A stretch of DNA of 63,349 nt, counting the filler, from Squatina squatina (taxonomy: Eukaryota): assembly GCA_031763465.1 (NCBI GenBank). It is 3 parts of 2 records of this genome, joined end to end, with 100 filler letters (N's around TTAATTAATTAA, not from the genome) between each part and the next. Parts side by side here need not be neighbours in the genome. Positions count along the whole stretch, not along the records: positions 1 to 14,515 come from JARFOE010000168.1; 2 more parts are not named here. One strand, given 5' to 3'. The translations under genes were made by a program, and so were the position numbers. The notes beneath the pieces were generated by a model. It was not told the origin of the DNA and did not search any database. It worked only from the letters and a program-made list of their open reading frames with translations. This document shows positions 1-11,110 of this stretch, in pieces. Each line of letters opens with the position of its first letter. The stretch's first letter is position 1.

Positions 1-562
1 CAGAAGAGGGCCCACCACACTGTTGTGTAACAATAGCCTTTCAACATCATGTAGTGTTCATGGTACTATTGTGCTGGCAAACTGAAAACTTCCATTTCAT
101 TCTGAATGAACTCAATCTATTTAGGCCACTTCTCCACAAGGAGTGCCTGAGCAGGCTCAGGGTACAATAGCACCTCGCTATCACAATTAGGCTTCATACC
201 CCAAAATAATCGTCAGCAACACCATAGGAAATCTAGCACATTATACGGTGCTAACCATTTTTTTAACCTAAAGGACTACTACTCACCCATGCCCACCACT
301 AGACTTGCTTCCTACTATTTTTTTCCAATTTTCTCACCTGGTCAAAATTATACCTCTTCATAGCAGCAGGCTATACAACAGCAGGGTGCATCGCAATCAT
401 GCTACATCCTGTCCTCACCTGTTATTCACTCATGCAGAGTCCACTGGATTGTGATTAGCAACAAGAACCCTGGCTATTCTTAGCCTTTCCTCACCTCTGA
501 AGGTTACATCAAATATAATAGCCCCACTTCTGTAACTTCAAAAGAAAAGAGTATTACTTTAC

Positions 563-651
563 CTTGTTGTAGATAAGTTCTGATCCCATTGTAGATTTCA
601 GTCCGTTTTTCTGCACTTAAGTTAGTGTAATGAACGTTCAGCGTTTTTACA
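563..651 (-). CDS. Probable internal exon of a mesothelin/MSLNL-like repeat protein
   Basis: 89-bp segment with ttcacctttag acceptor and AAG|gtaaag donor; only one frame is open (VKTLNVHYTNLSAEKRTEIYNGIRTYLQQ). It resembles the helical repeats of fish mesothelin-like proteins, and MSLN/MSLNL lie near CHTF18 and GNG13 in human. Family call is from recollection. Confidence 0.45.
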
Positions 652-809
652 CTAAAGGTGAAATTTAATAACACTTTAGAATTTCATCTTCAGATCGAGA
701 TTAATTNNNNNNNNNNNNNNNNNNNNNNNNNNNNNNNNNNNNNNNNNNNNNNNNNNNNNNNNNNNNNNNNNNNNNNNNNNNNNNNNNNNNNNNNNNNNNN
801 NNNNNNCTC

Positions 810-1565
810 CTATAACCTCACTCACACCTCCCTACCTCTGTAATCTCCTTCATCTCAGACTTTCAGCATGTCATTCCCTTTTCTCTCAGGTACTTGTCTA
901 GTTTTCTTTTGGAACCATCTAAGCCTCAACCACTTCCTGTGGCAACGAGTTCCACATTCTAACAACTCTCTGAGTAAAGAAATTACTCCTTATTTCTTTA
1001 TTGGATTTATTAGAAACTATTTTGTCTTTATGGCCCCTAGTTTTGAGGTTTCCCACAAGTGGAATGTTCTCCGTGCATCTACCCTGTTCAACCTATTCAT
1101 AATTTTAAAGTCCTCTATCGGGTCATCTCTGTGCCTTCTCTTTTCTAAAGAAAAAAAAACCCAACTGTTCAATCTTTCCTGATAGCTGTAATCTCAGTTC
1201 TGGTCCTATCCTTGTAAATCTTTTTTGCCATTTCTCCAATGCTCCTATATCGTTTTTATAGCCATGGAGACCAGAACAGCACACAGTACTCTAACCGCAG
1301 CCTGACAGAGTCCGACACAAGCTTAACATAACTTCTAATGAAAAGAGCCACAGTTCCACTCATGTCTCCTCATAATTGAAGCCTCTCATCACTGATACCT
1401 AAGCGAATCTGCATCCTCACCATGCCCTTGACATCTTTCTTAAAGCAAAACACACAAACTGGTCATAATATTCTAACTGCAGTCTAACTACTGATTTGCA
1501 TAGGTTTAGCATTACCTTTTTCCTATTTTATTCCATACCCCTATTTATACAATCTAGGATTCCAT
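810..1565 (-). mobile_element. CR1-type LINE 3' fragments, degenerate
   Basis: Reverse strand encodes the CR1 ORF2 C-terminal motif (VRLRLEYCVLFWSP-like, about 1265-1310); similar to the + strand copies at 2196-2540 and 60900-61083. Confidence 0.75.
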
Positions 1566-2195
1566 GACAGATACACAGTGCACAAACATACTGTATTACT
1601 CACATGTCATAATCGTCACTGCTTTGGATAATGCTTTCAAAAAACACAGCAGCCTGAGGATAAAAGCATATGAAACATTAATACACTAAGTTATTGCTTG
1701 CTTTTACACATATGCACTTCAGAATTTAGCATGCAGATATTTAGCAAGACCTCTTGGAGAGGAATGGCATTCATGCAGAATAATTCCATGTTTTTGAACC
1801 AATCCATCCCATTATTTCTCATAGATGTAGCCACGTGGAATAGCACAGGAAATATTCAGACAGCATGTCAGCTGGAAGCAGAGGTTTGTGATGCATGGAA
1901 CTGAACTTCCTGAGGCTCCATACCGCTCGCAGGACCTGGTACATACCGGGTGACTATAAAGAAGTGCAGAGTGCTTGCTCACAATTCTCAATCTGTTGAC
2001 ATTAGTGGATGGAAAATCATGGACAACACATCAAAGATTTAGCTGCTGTGTCAGCATGGCTCAGTGATAGCGTTGTCATCTTGGAGTCAGAAGGTNNNNN
2101 NNNNNNNNNNNNNNNNNNNNNNNNNNNNNNNNNNNNNNNNNNNNNNNNNNNNNNNNNNNNNNNNNNNNNNNNNNNNNNNNNNNNNNNNNNNNNNN

Positions 2196-2540
2196 GGGGT
2201 TCACATGCACAAATCTCTGAAGGTGGCAGGAAAAATTGATGAGGTTGTTAAAAAAGCAAACGGGATCTTAGGCTACATAGGGTACAAAAGCAAGGAAGTC
2301 ATGCCAAACCTTTCTAAATCACAAGCTAGGCTGCAGCTGGAATATTGTGACCAATTCTGGGCATCACATTTTAGAAAGGATGTCAAGGCCTTGGAAAGGG
2401 TGCAGAAGAGATTTACTGGAATGGTACCAGCGATGAGGGGCTTCAGTTACGTCGAGAGATTGTTCGCCTCACAGCAGAGATGGTTAAGGGGAGATAGAAG
2501 AGAGTTTTTCAAATTATGAAAGCTTCTGAAAGAGTAAGAG
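2196..2540 (+). mobile_element. CR1-type LINE ORF2 fragment
   Basis: Translation GVHMHKSLKVAGKIDEVVKKANGILG...LQLEYCDQFWASHFRKDVKALERVQKRFT is the typical CR1 ORF2 C-terminal region. Confidence 0.85.
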
Positions 2541-3380
2541 GAACTTCCCATCCTCTTGGGTTTCTCCTGGGCCCTCCTCAGATGGAGAAAGACCTCAATG
2601 CAAACCCCACTGCTAGTTTTATTGGATCACCCGTGTGTTCGGTTAACCCGTTGTTAGGTGGGAACACCTCATCTCGCCTCACTTACATGGCCCATTTTAA
2701 GAAACCCTGGAAATCCTAGGCATCCTATCTTGGGCAGAGACCTGACGTAATGGGTCTCTGTCCCCAATTGCTTTCTGCAGCATTTGGGAACTGAGTGTTT
2801 TCCAGGTGCAGCAATGAGGATGATTCACCTTAATATCTCCTCACGAGGGAGAAGAAATCAAAAATAAACATTTGTACAGCTCTTCTAGAAGAAAAATTTA
2901 AATTTAAGTATTTTATCCACAATCTTATTTCTTTTCAGCAATATCAATTTGCCTCATGTTAAAACTTATTGCACAAGCTGCAATATTACATTAAATGGAA
3001 TTTTGTCAAGGTGTGATTCGATTTACTCTGTTAAGTATTTATTTCAAAATGAAAACTCAATACATTACCTGATAAACTGAGGTGGTAACGCAGGACATTT
3101 TTACCAAAAATGTTGATATCATTATACTGTGACAGTGTAAGATTTAGGTATAAATTATCCAACCCTTTCAATCTGTAGAGATAACAAAGGATATTATAAT
3201 ATGTTATGAATCGGAGGCTTATATCTGCGTGTTTATTAGTTATCTATATTTGTAAATCACATGTGCTCCTGTATCTGTGGNNNNNNNNNNNNNNNNNNNN
3301 NNNNNNNNNNNNNNNNNNNNNNNNNNNNNNNNNNNNNNNNNNNNNNNNNNNNNNNNNNNNNNNNNNNNNNNNNNNNNNNN

Positions 3381-3590
3381 GGCAGGGAAAGGAGGGAAGG
3401 GGAGGAAAGAACAAAAGGGATGGCCTGTGATAGGATGGAAGGCAGGAGTGATTAAATGAGAAAAGGGATGATGGTGCAAAGCGAAAGGAGATGGTAATAG
3501 GACAAGAAACAAAAGATGGGTCCAGAGGAGCTGTAAATGGCAACAGCAGAATCATTAGCAGCACCCGCTGTCCAAAAGAAATTGGAACTA
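3381..3590 (-). mobile_element. Penelope-like element 3' region fragment
   Basis: Closely matches 14627-14745 (ggatgatggtgcaa...gtaaatggcaacagcagaatcatt), which adjoins the GIY-YIG domain of the larger copy. Confidence 0.75.
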
Positions 3591-3774
3591 TTCTCAAATG
3601 AAGACTGATGAAACATCTTCATAAAGTAAATACTTTTTTCTTGAATTGCTTGAATTGCTTTCGGTCTTCACATTTTTAGTCATATAAGGGCAACACCCAT
3701 AAAGTTGCACTGTATGAGACAATGCACATGGTAGTTCTGAGGATCAGGTTAGGTAGATAGAGGTACTGGAGGAA

Positions 3775-3900
3775 CTCTGGAGGGTAGAGTTCCTTCACTG
3801 CCTCCTTGGAGAACCAGAGCTGTGTGACATACTGCTCTGTAAAGTTGAGGTGGTAAGCTGGTTCATGCACGTCCTCGTGGTGTTAGGCCTCCTACCCTCC
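3775..3900 (-). mobile_element. PIF/Harbinger transposase remnant (N-terminal part)
   Basis: Reverse translation YHLNFTEQYVTQLWFSKEAVKEL resembles the HARBI1-like YLxxSEEQCxRRLRFxKExVxELC segment, also seen decayed near 25240-25310. Confidence 0.5.
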
Positions 3901-4699
3901 TTCACCCACTTATAGCAATTTGTGCAACCCTATGGTGCCTTCCTTGCTGCTGATGCCCCTCCTCATGTTGCAGACCCAAAGGCAGATGAAGCAGAATACC
4001 CACATTCCAACAATGGAAGGTAATCCTTTGAAAGAGTGTCATACCTCCTAATATTCAGTTACCGAGTTTGGTTCGCGAAACAGCCAAAAATACTGTCAGA
4101 AGTCGCCAAAGCATTTTCCAGCAGCCTATCAAGTCCAGAGACTTGCCTTAATGGAGATGAGTATCGCTTTAAATACTGCTTCTGCAGCATGCTTGCTGAT
4201 TGTTCCTGATCAAGGGCCAGCAAATCAAGCAATTCTGCACACGAATTTAATAAATGGGTTCATATTCAGGTGCAGGCCCAATATTTTAAAATCAATGCTG
4301 TGCTCCTTATATGCAGCTTTCAGGGACACGTATAAAAGTCTCGGCAATTCAAATTGGGCATAGCCTGCTGCACTGCTTCATTTGTCATTGTTGCGCCCGT
4401 TTCACACCTGATAAACGGGTGCAGTGGTGTTACATTTGTGATAGCATAAATATAAGTAAATGCTTCTTTCAGTGATGCTGATGGTCAGAGATGGTTGAAC
4501 ATTGAAAGACTAGAATCCTTTCCAATTCATGTAGATAGTGACATTATGAAAATGGAACACATGGGGCCACCCAGTTGCAATCTATAAACTATTGCACTTN
4601 NNNNNNNNNNNNNNNNNNNNNNNNNNNNNNNNNNNNNNNNNNNNNNNNNNNNNNNNNNNNNNNNNNNNNNNNNNNNNNNNNNNNNNNNNNNNNNNNNNN

Positions 4700-4876
4700 C
4701 AACTTCACCAGGAATGGCCCAAGTGGTAAGACCCAGGCCCCGGAACACGAAGAGCAGCAGGGCACCATGGGCGGCTCTGTTGCTAGGAAGCGAGATCTTG
4801 TTGCCATCCACTTGCCTGAGGAAGAGGAATTCCCTGACCATCTGCTGCACCAGGATCAAGAGCAAGTAATGAGTAC
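4700..4876 (+). CDS. CHTF18: Possible early exon of CHTF18 (5' end lost in gap)
   Basis: Open frame NFTRNGPSGKTQAPEHEEQQGTMGGSVARKRDLVAIHLPEEEEF... ends at a gtaagc donor (4877; an alternative gt is at 4873). GGSVARKR recalls human GGARKR in the poorly conserved N-terminus; same strand as and upstream of firm CHTF18 exons. Confidence 0.4.
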
Positions 4877-5544
4877 GTAAGCTTGTTACATGAAGCAGGG
4901 AACAACGGCAGGTCCCCTAATCCATCCACAGTCGCTGGTTTCTGCTTTGATTATTCCTCACCAGAAGCGATGTTTAATTACAGAGTTAAGTGCAAGATTG
5001 GCCAGAATTAAAGTCAGCAAGTGCTGAAATGTAAAGTTCTTTACATAATTTGTACTCCTAACACAGAACTTTAGTGTGTCGGGTGTGCAGTTTAAGAGTT
5101 TGGGGGCAGAGGTGTTTGGGTCCCATAGGAGTTTCCATTTGTTGAAAATCCAGTGGGTGCACTGACCTCTGTCCAAAGTCCCGACGCCCGATGCTTTGCT
5201 CTGAGAAGATACATCCCTAACATCAACCCTGAATGTCTTATCTTTTCGAATGATAAGTAGGGGGTGAAATCTCTCAACAAAAAGTGGGAGAATGTGTCTT
5301 CTCCAAAATCAGTGGTTCACGACAGAAATTGTTCTCAGAAGTTGCACACTTTGATGCCACACTGCCCGCTGTTTCACTTGCAGANNNNNNNNNNNNNNNN
5401 NNNNNNNNNNNNNNNNNNNNNNNNNNNNNNNNNNNNNNNNNNNNNNNNNNNNNNNNNNNNNNNNNNNNNNNNNNNNNNNNNNNNCAAGCCTCACGCATGA
5501 ATGATAAAAGCAAAATAAATCCGTTTCTTTTGTTTCGGGTGCCA

Positions 5545-5770
5545 GCTGTGGCTCAGTGGGTAGCACCTTCAAGTCGGAAAGTTGTGGGTTCAAGGCCCAC
5601 TGCAGAGACTTGTGCCCACCATCTAGGCTGGCACTCCAGTGCAGTACTGAGGGAGTGCTGCACTGTCGGAGGTGCAGTCTTCCAGGTGAGGCCTTAAACC
5701 GCCTCTTCTCTAGGGTGGATGTGAGAGATCCGATGGGACTATTCGAGGAAGAGCAGGAGATTTTTCTCCT
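5545..5770 (+). mobile_element. tRNA-derived Deu-domain SINE (SacSINE1-like), 5' half
   Basis: Pol III A box TGGCTCAGTGG (5549-5559) and B box GGTTCAAGGCC (5587-5597); body matches the reverse complement of 35030-35168. Confidence 0.8.
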
Positions 5771-5938
5771 GATGTACGCAGGATGGTGGAGGGCCAGCAG
5801 TGCCTGTGGAGCTGAAGGCCGCACCTTCAGGAGAGAAGGGAAGGAGGGGCTGGCAGGGCGGGGGAATTGAACAATGGAGTATCGATAGGCGCCTTTGTAA
5901 GTCCTATCATAGAGTGACGCTGTTTAACTCCTATTTAG

Positions 5939-6062
5939 TGATGACCGCAGTGCAGAGATGTTCAAAACCAGGATCGAAAGTGCAACCCAGATGAAATCCG
6001 TGCTTGGAGCTAATGAGAAGCCAAACTGCCTGATCATTGATGAAATCGATGGTGCTCCCACT
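5939..6062 (+). CDS. CHTF18: CHTF18 exon, AAA+ domain with Walker B
   Basis: tttag|...|gtgagt, 124 bp; (S)DDRSAEMFKTRIESATQMKSVLGANEKPNCLIIDEIDGAPT contains the RFC NASDDR box tail and the DEIDG Walker B. Confidence 0.95.
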
Positions 6063-6638
6063 GTGAGTCTGTGTTCTGAGCAATGTCAGATAGTTAAATG
6101 TAGCTGGAACAGTTTTTAGCATCTGCAATGAACGCCACAGAGAGATGATATAAATATAAACCAGGAGTCACACCCTCAATTAAAACAGTCCCTGGGAAGA
6201 AGATCAGAACATCGCACATTTATCTTTTTTAAGCCGTTTATCTTGTCGAGCGTGGACTAGATTTTTTTTTTTTTACCAGGACAATTCCAGGGCTTGAGCT
6301 CCACATNNNNNNNNNNNNNNNNNNNNNNNNNNNNNNNNNNNNNNNNNNNNNNNNNNNNNNNNNNNNNNNNNNNNNNNNNNNNNNNNNNNNNNNNNNNNNN
6401 NNNNNNACGTTGGGGGCTGGTGCAATCCAACTGTGCAGAGAATGGTGGTAACGGCTTGGAGAGAGCACTTGTTATTCAGAACACAGCTCCCAAACAAAGG
6501 AGGGCAGTCCTTGTAAGCGGCTTCTCTGGGACACCTTGTTGTATTCAGAAGCATCAAGTGACTTGGAAGTTTAAAAGAGACATTTCTTACACCGCTTGGA
6601 GACTTGTAGTGATGTGAACTATAAAACCTTTGTTGCAG

Positions 6639-6769
6639 GTGAACACCCAGCTGTATAGCGCCAGGGAGAAGCAGCAGCTAGCTGACCTGATCGGAGCCAT
6701 GCTATCTTACAACCTAACGTATCACCAGGAGCGGACACCAGAGGGACAGTACGTCTACTTGCTGGATCC
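6639..6769 (+). CDS. CHTF18: CHTF18 internal exon
   Basis: ttgcag|...|gtaagc, 131 bp; VNTQLYSAREKQQLADLIGAMLSYNLTYHQERTPEGQYVYLLDP matches vertebrate CTF18. Confidence 0.95.
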
Positions 6770-7273
6770 GTAAGCACTGTCTCTTACTTGCTCCTTAAAG
6801 TCCCTTTAATTACTTATTTATGGGATAAAGGCCCAAATTGGCTTAAATATTCCTGTATGTCCTGGCAAAGCTGATGTATAAATTGGAGACCTTACGTGAG
6901 AAGACCGGCGTTTAAATACTTCTCACATGAGTNNNNNNNNNNNNNNNNNNNNNNNNNNNNNNNNNNNNNNNNNNNNNNNNNNNNNNNNNNNNNNNNNNNN
7001 NNNNNNNNNNNNNNNNNNNNNNNNNNNNNNNNCTCCAAGAACAGAAGAGAAAATCCCTCTGGCATCCATCTAAAACCCCGGCGCACAGGAAGCTGCTCCT
7101 GCTCAACACACAACCAGCTGAAGAGGATGACGGGCAGCGCTAGCATCTGGAATACAGAAATAAGCACTTTAATCAGATCCACGGGCGGCTCACCATCGAG
7201 TCTCCTTGATCCTGCTTAGGGGCACGGTTCACCGGCGTGTCGCGCAGAGGAAAAGGCCCGAGCGAGAGGCAAG

Positions 7274-7534
7274 ATGTGTTCCTCTGCGGCGCAGGCTGGG
7301 GGTAACCCGTCTTCGGTTCCGATCCACCAGCCTACGTTCCAAGCGCGCTGCGACGAGACGATACTGATAACCAACTGGGGGCTGCCTCTGGCTGTGGCTC
7401 TCTTTCTGCTCTGGCTCACCTACGTTTTCATCTACCTGCCGGCTATGGTGCACCGGTCGATGGTGGAGAACGCAGCAAGAAACCTCACGCAGGACTTCAA
7501 GTACGAGCACGCCGGGCGCCCCAACCCGAATTAG
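7274..7534 (+). CDS. Orphan 86-aa ORF with one predicted transmembrane helix
   Basis: ATG-to-TAG ORF in a CpG-dense contig; hydrophobic stretch WGLPLAVALFLLWLTYVFIYLPAMV. No family recognised. Confidence 0.3.
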   Translation: MCSSAAQAGGNPSSVPIHQPTFQARCDETILITNWGLPLAVALFLLWLTYVFIYLPAMVHRSMVENAARNLTQDFKYEHAGRPNPN

Positions 7535-7980
7535 ANNNNNNNNNNNNNNNNNNNNNNNNNNNNNNNNNNNNNNNNNNNNNNNNNNNNNNNNNNNNNNNNN
7601 NNNNNNNNNNNNNNNNNNNNNNNNNNNNNNNNNNNATCCCTGGCTGTACTTATATTTCCTACATTACAACAGTGACTATGCTTCGCACTTTGGGCTGCCC
7701 TGAGGCAGTGAAAGTCACTATATAAATCTGCATCTTCCTTTTATAAGCTGCCAGCAGCCAATTATGGAACGACAGAAGCTTAGGAACAAAGGCCTGCTGC
7801 CAGTTCCTTTAGGCCAAGAAAGGTGAAGTGCAAGCTACAATATTTTCAGTATATTCCAACTTACTTTATCTATACTCTAATGCCAAACCTGAACAAAGAT
7901 AAAACAGTCCGCTCTGTTTCTAAGAGACATGCATTGTATAAATGTTTACCAGTATATTGATTGATCGCTCTTACCCACAG

Positions 7981-8123
7981 TGACTGCAGGCGCTGAGCCT
8001 GTGAAGGAATCAGCTGAGAAACTTATTGGAAAAGCGGTTGGAATGAGTGATGTTTGGTTCCGATTCAACGAAGGGGTTTCAAACGCTGTTAGACGCAATG
8101 TTTACATAAAAGACTTGCTCTGA
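7981..8123 (+). CDS. CHTF18: CHTF18 last coding exon
   Basis: cccacag acceptor at 7980; ...IGKAVGMSDVWFRFNEGVSNAVRRNVYIKDLL* is the conserved CTF18 C-terminal CTF8/DSCC1-binding tail. Confidence 0.96.
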
Positions 8124-8718
8124 GAAGGCGGCAGGTCGTTGAGGAGGAGGAGGAGCAGCAGCAGCAGCTGTTTAAAGAGCAGCAGGAGGATTGCACGTTC
8201 TGGTACAGAACTGTCACTGTCGGGCCTCACCCGTGCCCGAACTCCATCAGGTCCGAAGACGAGCAAATGAGGCTAGCTTTCCTTTGTCTTTTCTTGTGGG
8301 AGACTTGCTCCAGTCAAATTGTTAAAAGTGGCAGTAAGGTTTGAGCACCAGCTCGAACCCTTTGAGTGTGACTGTGCTCATGAGACTAGTTATTTCCTGC
8401 ATTGCTGGACTATGAGTGGGTTTGGAATCTAGTTATTATTTCCACACAAAGTCCTATTCTTTACTCTTCCTGAAGTGTCCCTTATTCCACCACCCCACCT
8501 CCCCAAATGATGAGTGTTTACTGTAAACTGCCATCTACATGAACTGGACTACTTGCCAGGAGCCATATGCCAATAGATCTGCAATACCAAGAAGCCCAGA
8601 CAACTGGTTTGGATCTGAGCCCTGATGGGAAGACTGTTTAAATGGTTTTTGTTTCAGACAACATGAGATTCCAGCTTTGCCAGACACTGAATGAAGTCTT
8701 GCCATTATTAATTATTGC

Positions 8719-8724
8719 TTTATT
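8719..8724 (-). promoter_or_regulatory. Candidate poly(A) signal for GNG13
   Basis: tttatt on + strand = AATAAA on - strand, about 210 nt downstream of the GNG13 stop. Confidence 0.45.
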
Positions 8725-8896
8725 TGTCATCTTCCTCTTACATTGCTCTTCTCTAGTTGTACAAAGAAGTTGGTTGATCACTCGTACAATGATTTTTGCC
8801 TAGAATTACCATAAAATGTACAAAAAATGTAATGCATATGTTTAAGAATTTAAAAGACTGCACCAACAAAATTCTCCGAGAGTCTCTTTCTTTACA

Positions 8897-8902
8897 AATA
8901 AA
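8897..8902 (+). promoter_or_regulatory. Candidate poly(A) signal for CHTF18
   Basis: First canonical AATAAA I find on + strand after the CHTF18 stop at 8123. Confidence 0.45.
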
Positions 8903-8933
8903 TTGCTTTACACAGAGAGCAGTTTGAAAATTG

Positions 8934-9039
8934 TCAAAGTATAGCACATTTGCCCTTCTCTACCCAGGGGTTGTTCTTCATTAGTTCTGGGTTTAGGAAT
9001 GGGTCGTTTGGCACTCCCTCTTCTATCCACTTCACAAAG
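8934..9039 (-). CDS. GNG13: GNG13 last coding exon (G protein gamma-13)
   Basis: Acceptor ...ccctacatgaag|; FVKWIEEGVPNDPFLNPELMKNNPWVEKGKCAIL* has the Ggamma13 NPWVEKGKC tail and a CAAX box. Tail-to-tail with CHTF18 as in human. Absent from the supplied ORF track. Confidence 0.96.
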
Positions 9040-9754
9040 CTTCATGTAGGGGTGGAATAGAAAGGAGAGATGGTTAGTAGTTGACAAGGATCCATAGAAA
9101 CAACAATTGATGAATACAATCGACTTCAACTTGAGTTTATTCAGGGTTTGACTTTAATATTCATTTTATTTTTTAATAGCCTCGATTCTCTTATACATTT
9201 TGCTGAAAGCCCTGGTTAAAAGGGCTTAGTTACTCTTCCGACAATTGCTTGCTCTGGGGAAAAAAACTCACTGGTTGTTCTGGCATGTCTCTGCTGTAGC
9301 AACCTCTTTAAAAAGAAAACTTTCTCTTAGAAACCTGTCATGACAGATGGAATTGGTAATGTAATAATGGCTTTTTCTTAACAGTTGCCTCAGCTCAACC
9401 TCTTCCCCCTTTAAGGTTTAGTCTTCTTCAAAGACCCTTCACCTGGTCTCCCTGTGCCAAAATACAGTCAATGCACAAGAGGGCAACTGATTGGCGTGTC
9501 CCAGGTCTCGGCGCTGCCGTGATCAGACCCGCCTCTGAGGTGCAGCAAAATATCTTTGTGCCTATAGGGAAATGTTTAACACCTCCTCGCAGCACGTGAG
9601 CTGATATTATGTCACTCCTGAGACCCCAGTATATTGTATGAGCTTATCCCAGACATACACGTACAGTTTAAGGGTAATTCTGTTGACAGAATTGGTTTGA
9701 TCGGACATTCTTAAGCAGCAGAAACATCCGTCAAAAACTGCACCCACCCAGGAT

Positions 9755-10095
9755 AAAATGCGATGGCTCAATTACTATATGCATTACCCAGGGTGGAACT
9801 GAGGCACATAGATCAGGAAGGCCCCATGTTCTATCCTCAATCTACGGAGTTCTTCCTTCTCGGTCAGCAGAGGGTCACAATTGGCTTCAGAGCTCCTGGA
9901 CAACAGAGGGGGAAATCAAGACAGGATTTGCACTCCCAATCGCTAATCCTCCATCGACAAGTTCACGTGTGTGAGGGTGACTGGCAAGGAGGACAGGGTT
10001 GGGTTCAGCGGTGATGCTTCCTGTGAATACAGCGTGAACTCTCACAATTTGAGAAGGGTACTGGGGACCATCACCAACCGTGGAACCAAAGTTCA
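9755..10095 (+). mobile_element. Degenerate SINE-like repeat, second family
   Basis: Decayed A-box-like start (gatggctcaatt); internal similarity to about 35180-35360 (+) and about 380-530 (-) in this window. Confidence 0.5.
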
Positions 10096-10817
10096 CATGA
10101 AGTGGCACACTCCAAAATGAAGGTAGAGAGAGGGAAGCATCCATTCCATGATTATAATGTATTTCTTCATAGGCAAGCAAAACTCAGTCTAGCATCTGGA
10201 TTCTGTCACCCAATAGTTTTGTCCCATAATGTGAGCCTCGCGTATGTATGATATACAGGTTTGTCTAAGCAGAGAGAAGCCAACGTTCCACTAAGAATTT
10301 GCCCACTTTCTTGCTGCAGTTCCCCACTCCTGCAGATGGTTTCAACTTATCTGTGACCTGAAGCTCCCCTTGGCTCCAGTCTGTATTGGTTTCAATGGAA
10401 AAGACATTTTGAATGTCACTGCTAGAGGGGAAAGATTTCCACCTCCTTCGTGCAGTGGAACCATCAGCACACGTATAGTAGTGCATGCATGTAGGGCATC
10501 CCGCAAAACAGCGGATATCTAACCCCACAAGAGTCACACTTCCTTCATTCAGAAGGGATCGTGCAGCCATCCATCAATCACATCAATAGCACAGGGCCGT
10601 GCATCATCTGTGCTTGATGTTTTACCTGCAGGAGCTGTGTTCTCCCCTGCAGTGTGACACAGGCAGTTACTAGAATGCCACCCCCAGGCTTTCTGATAGG
10701 TTTTTCCTTTGAATGTGTTGCTAACCAAACATTTCCAATAAACACCACAGATTGCAGGATTGTTTATGTCCATTTTAATCCCTAATCTTTAGCTATATAT
10801 TTACTTATTCTGCATCA

Positions 10818-11110
10818 AAAGAAAGAACTTGCATTTCTATAGCGCCTTTCATGACCTCAGGATGTCCCATAGTGCTTTACAGCCAATGAAATATTTTTGG
10901 AGTGTAGTCACTGTTGTAATGTAGGAAATACAGCTGCCAATTTACAATCAGCAAGCTCCCACAAACAGCACTGTGATAATGACCAGATCATCTGTTTCTG
11001 TTATGTTGATTTGAGGGATAAATATTGGCCCAGGACACCTGTGAGAACTCCCCCTGCTCTTATTCGAAATAGTGCGGTGGGATCTTTTACATCCACCTGA
11101 GAGAGCAGAC
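10818..11110 (-). mobile_element. Deu-domain SINE, 3' half with L2-like tail
   Basis: Reverse complement has the Deu core (ccaatatttatccctcaa...tggtcattatcacagtgctgtttgtggg) and tail aaaggcgctatagaaatgcaagttc. Confidence 0.85.

Noticed and set aside
1868-1953. Possible terminal exon on the - strand (TRYVPGPASGMEPQEVQFHASQTSASS*)
   Set aside because: An acceptor-like tttatag is present but the peptide matches nothing I recognise, including the expected neighbour RPUSD1; too short to support.
5545-5600. tRNA gene
   Set aside because: The A and B boxes lead into a SINE body found in several copies; no cloverleaf or terminator.
8141-8168. GAG/CAG triplet run as a coding polyE/polyQ tract
   Set aside because: It lies after the CHTF18 stop in the 3' UTR and is short.
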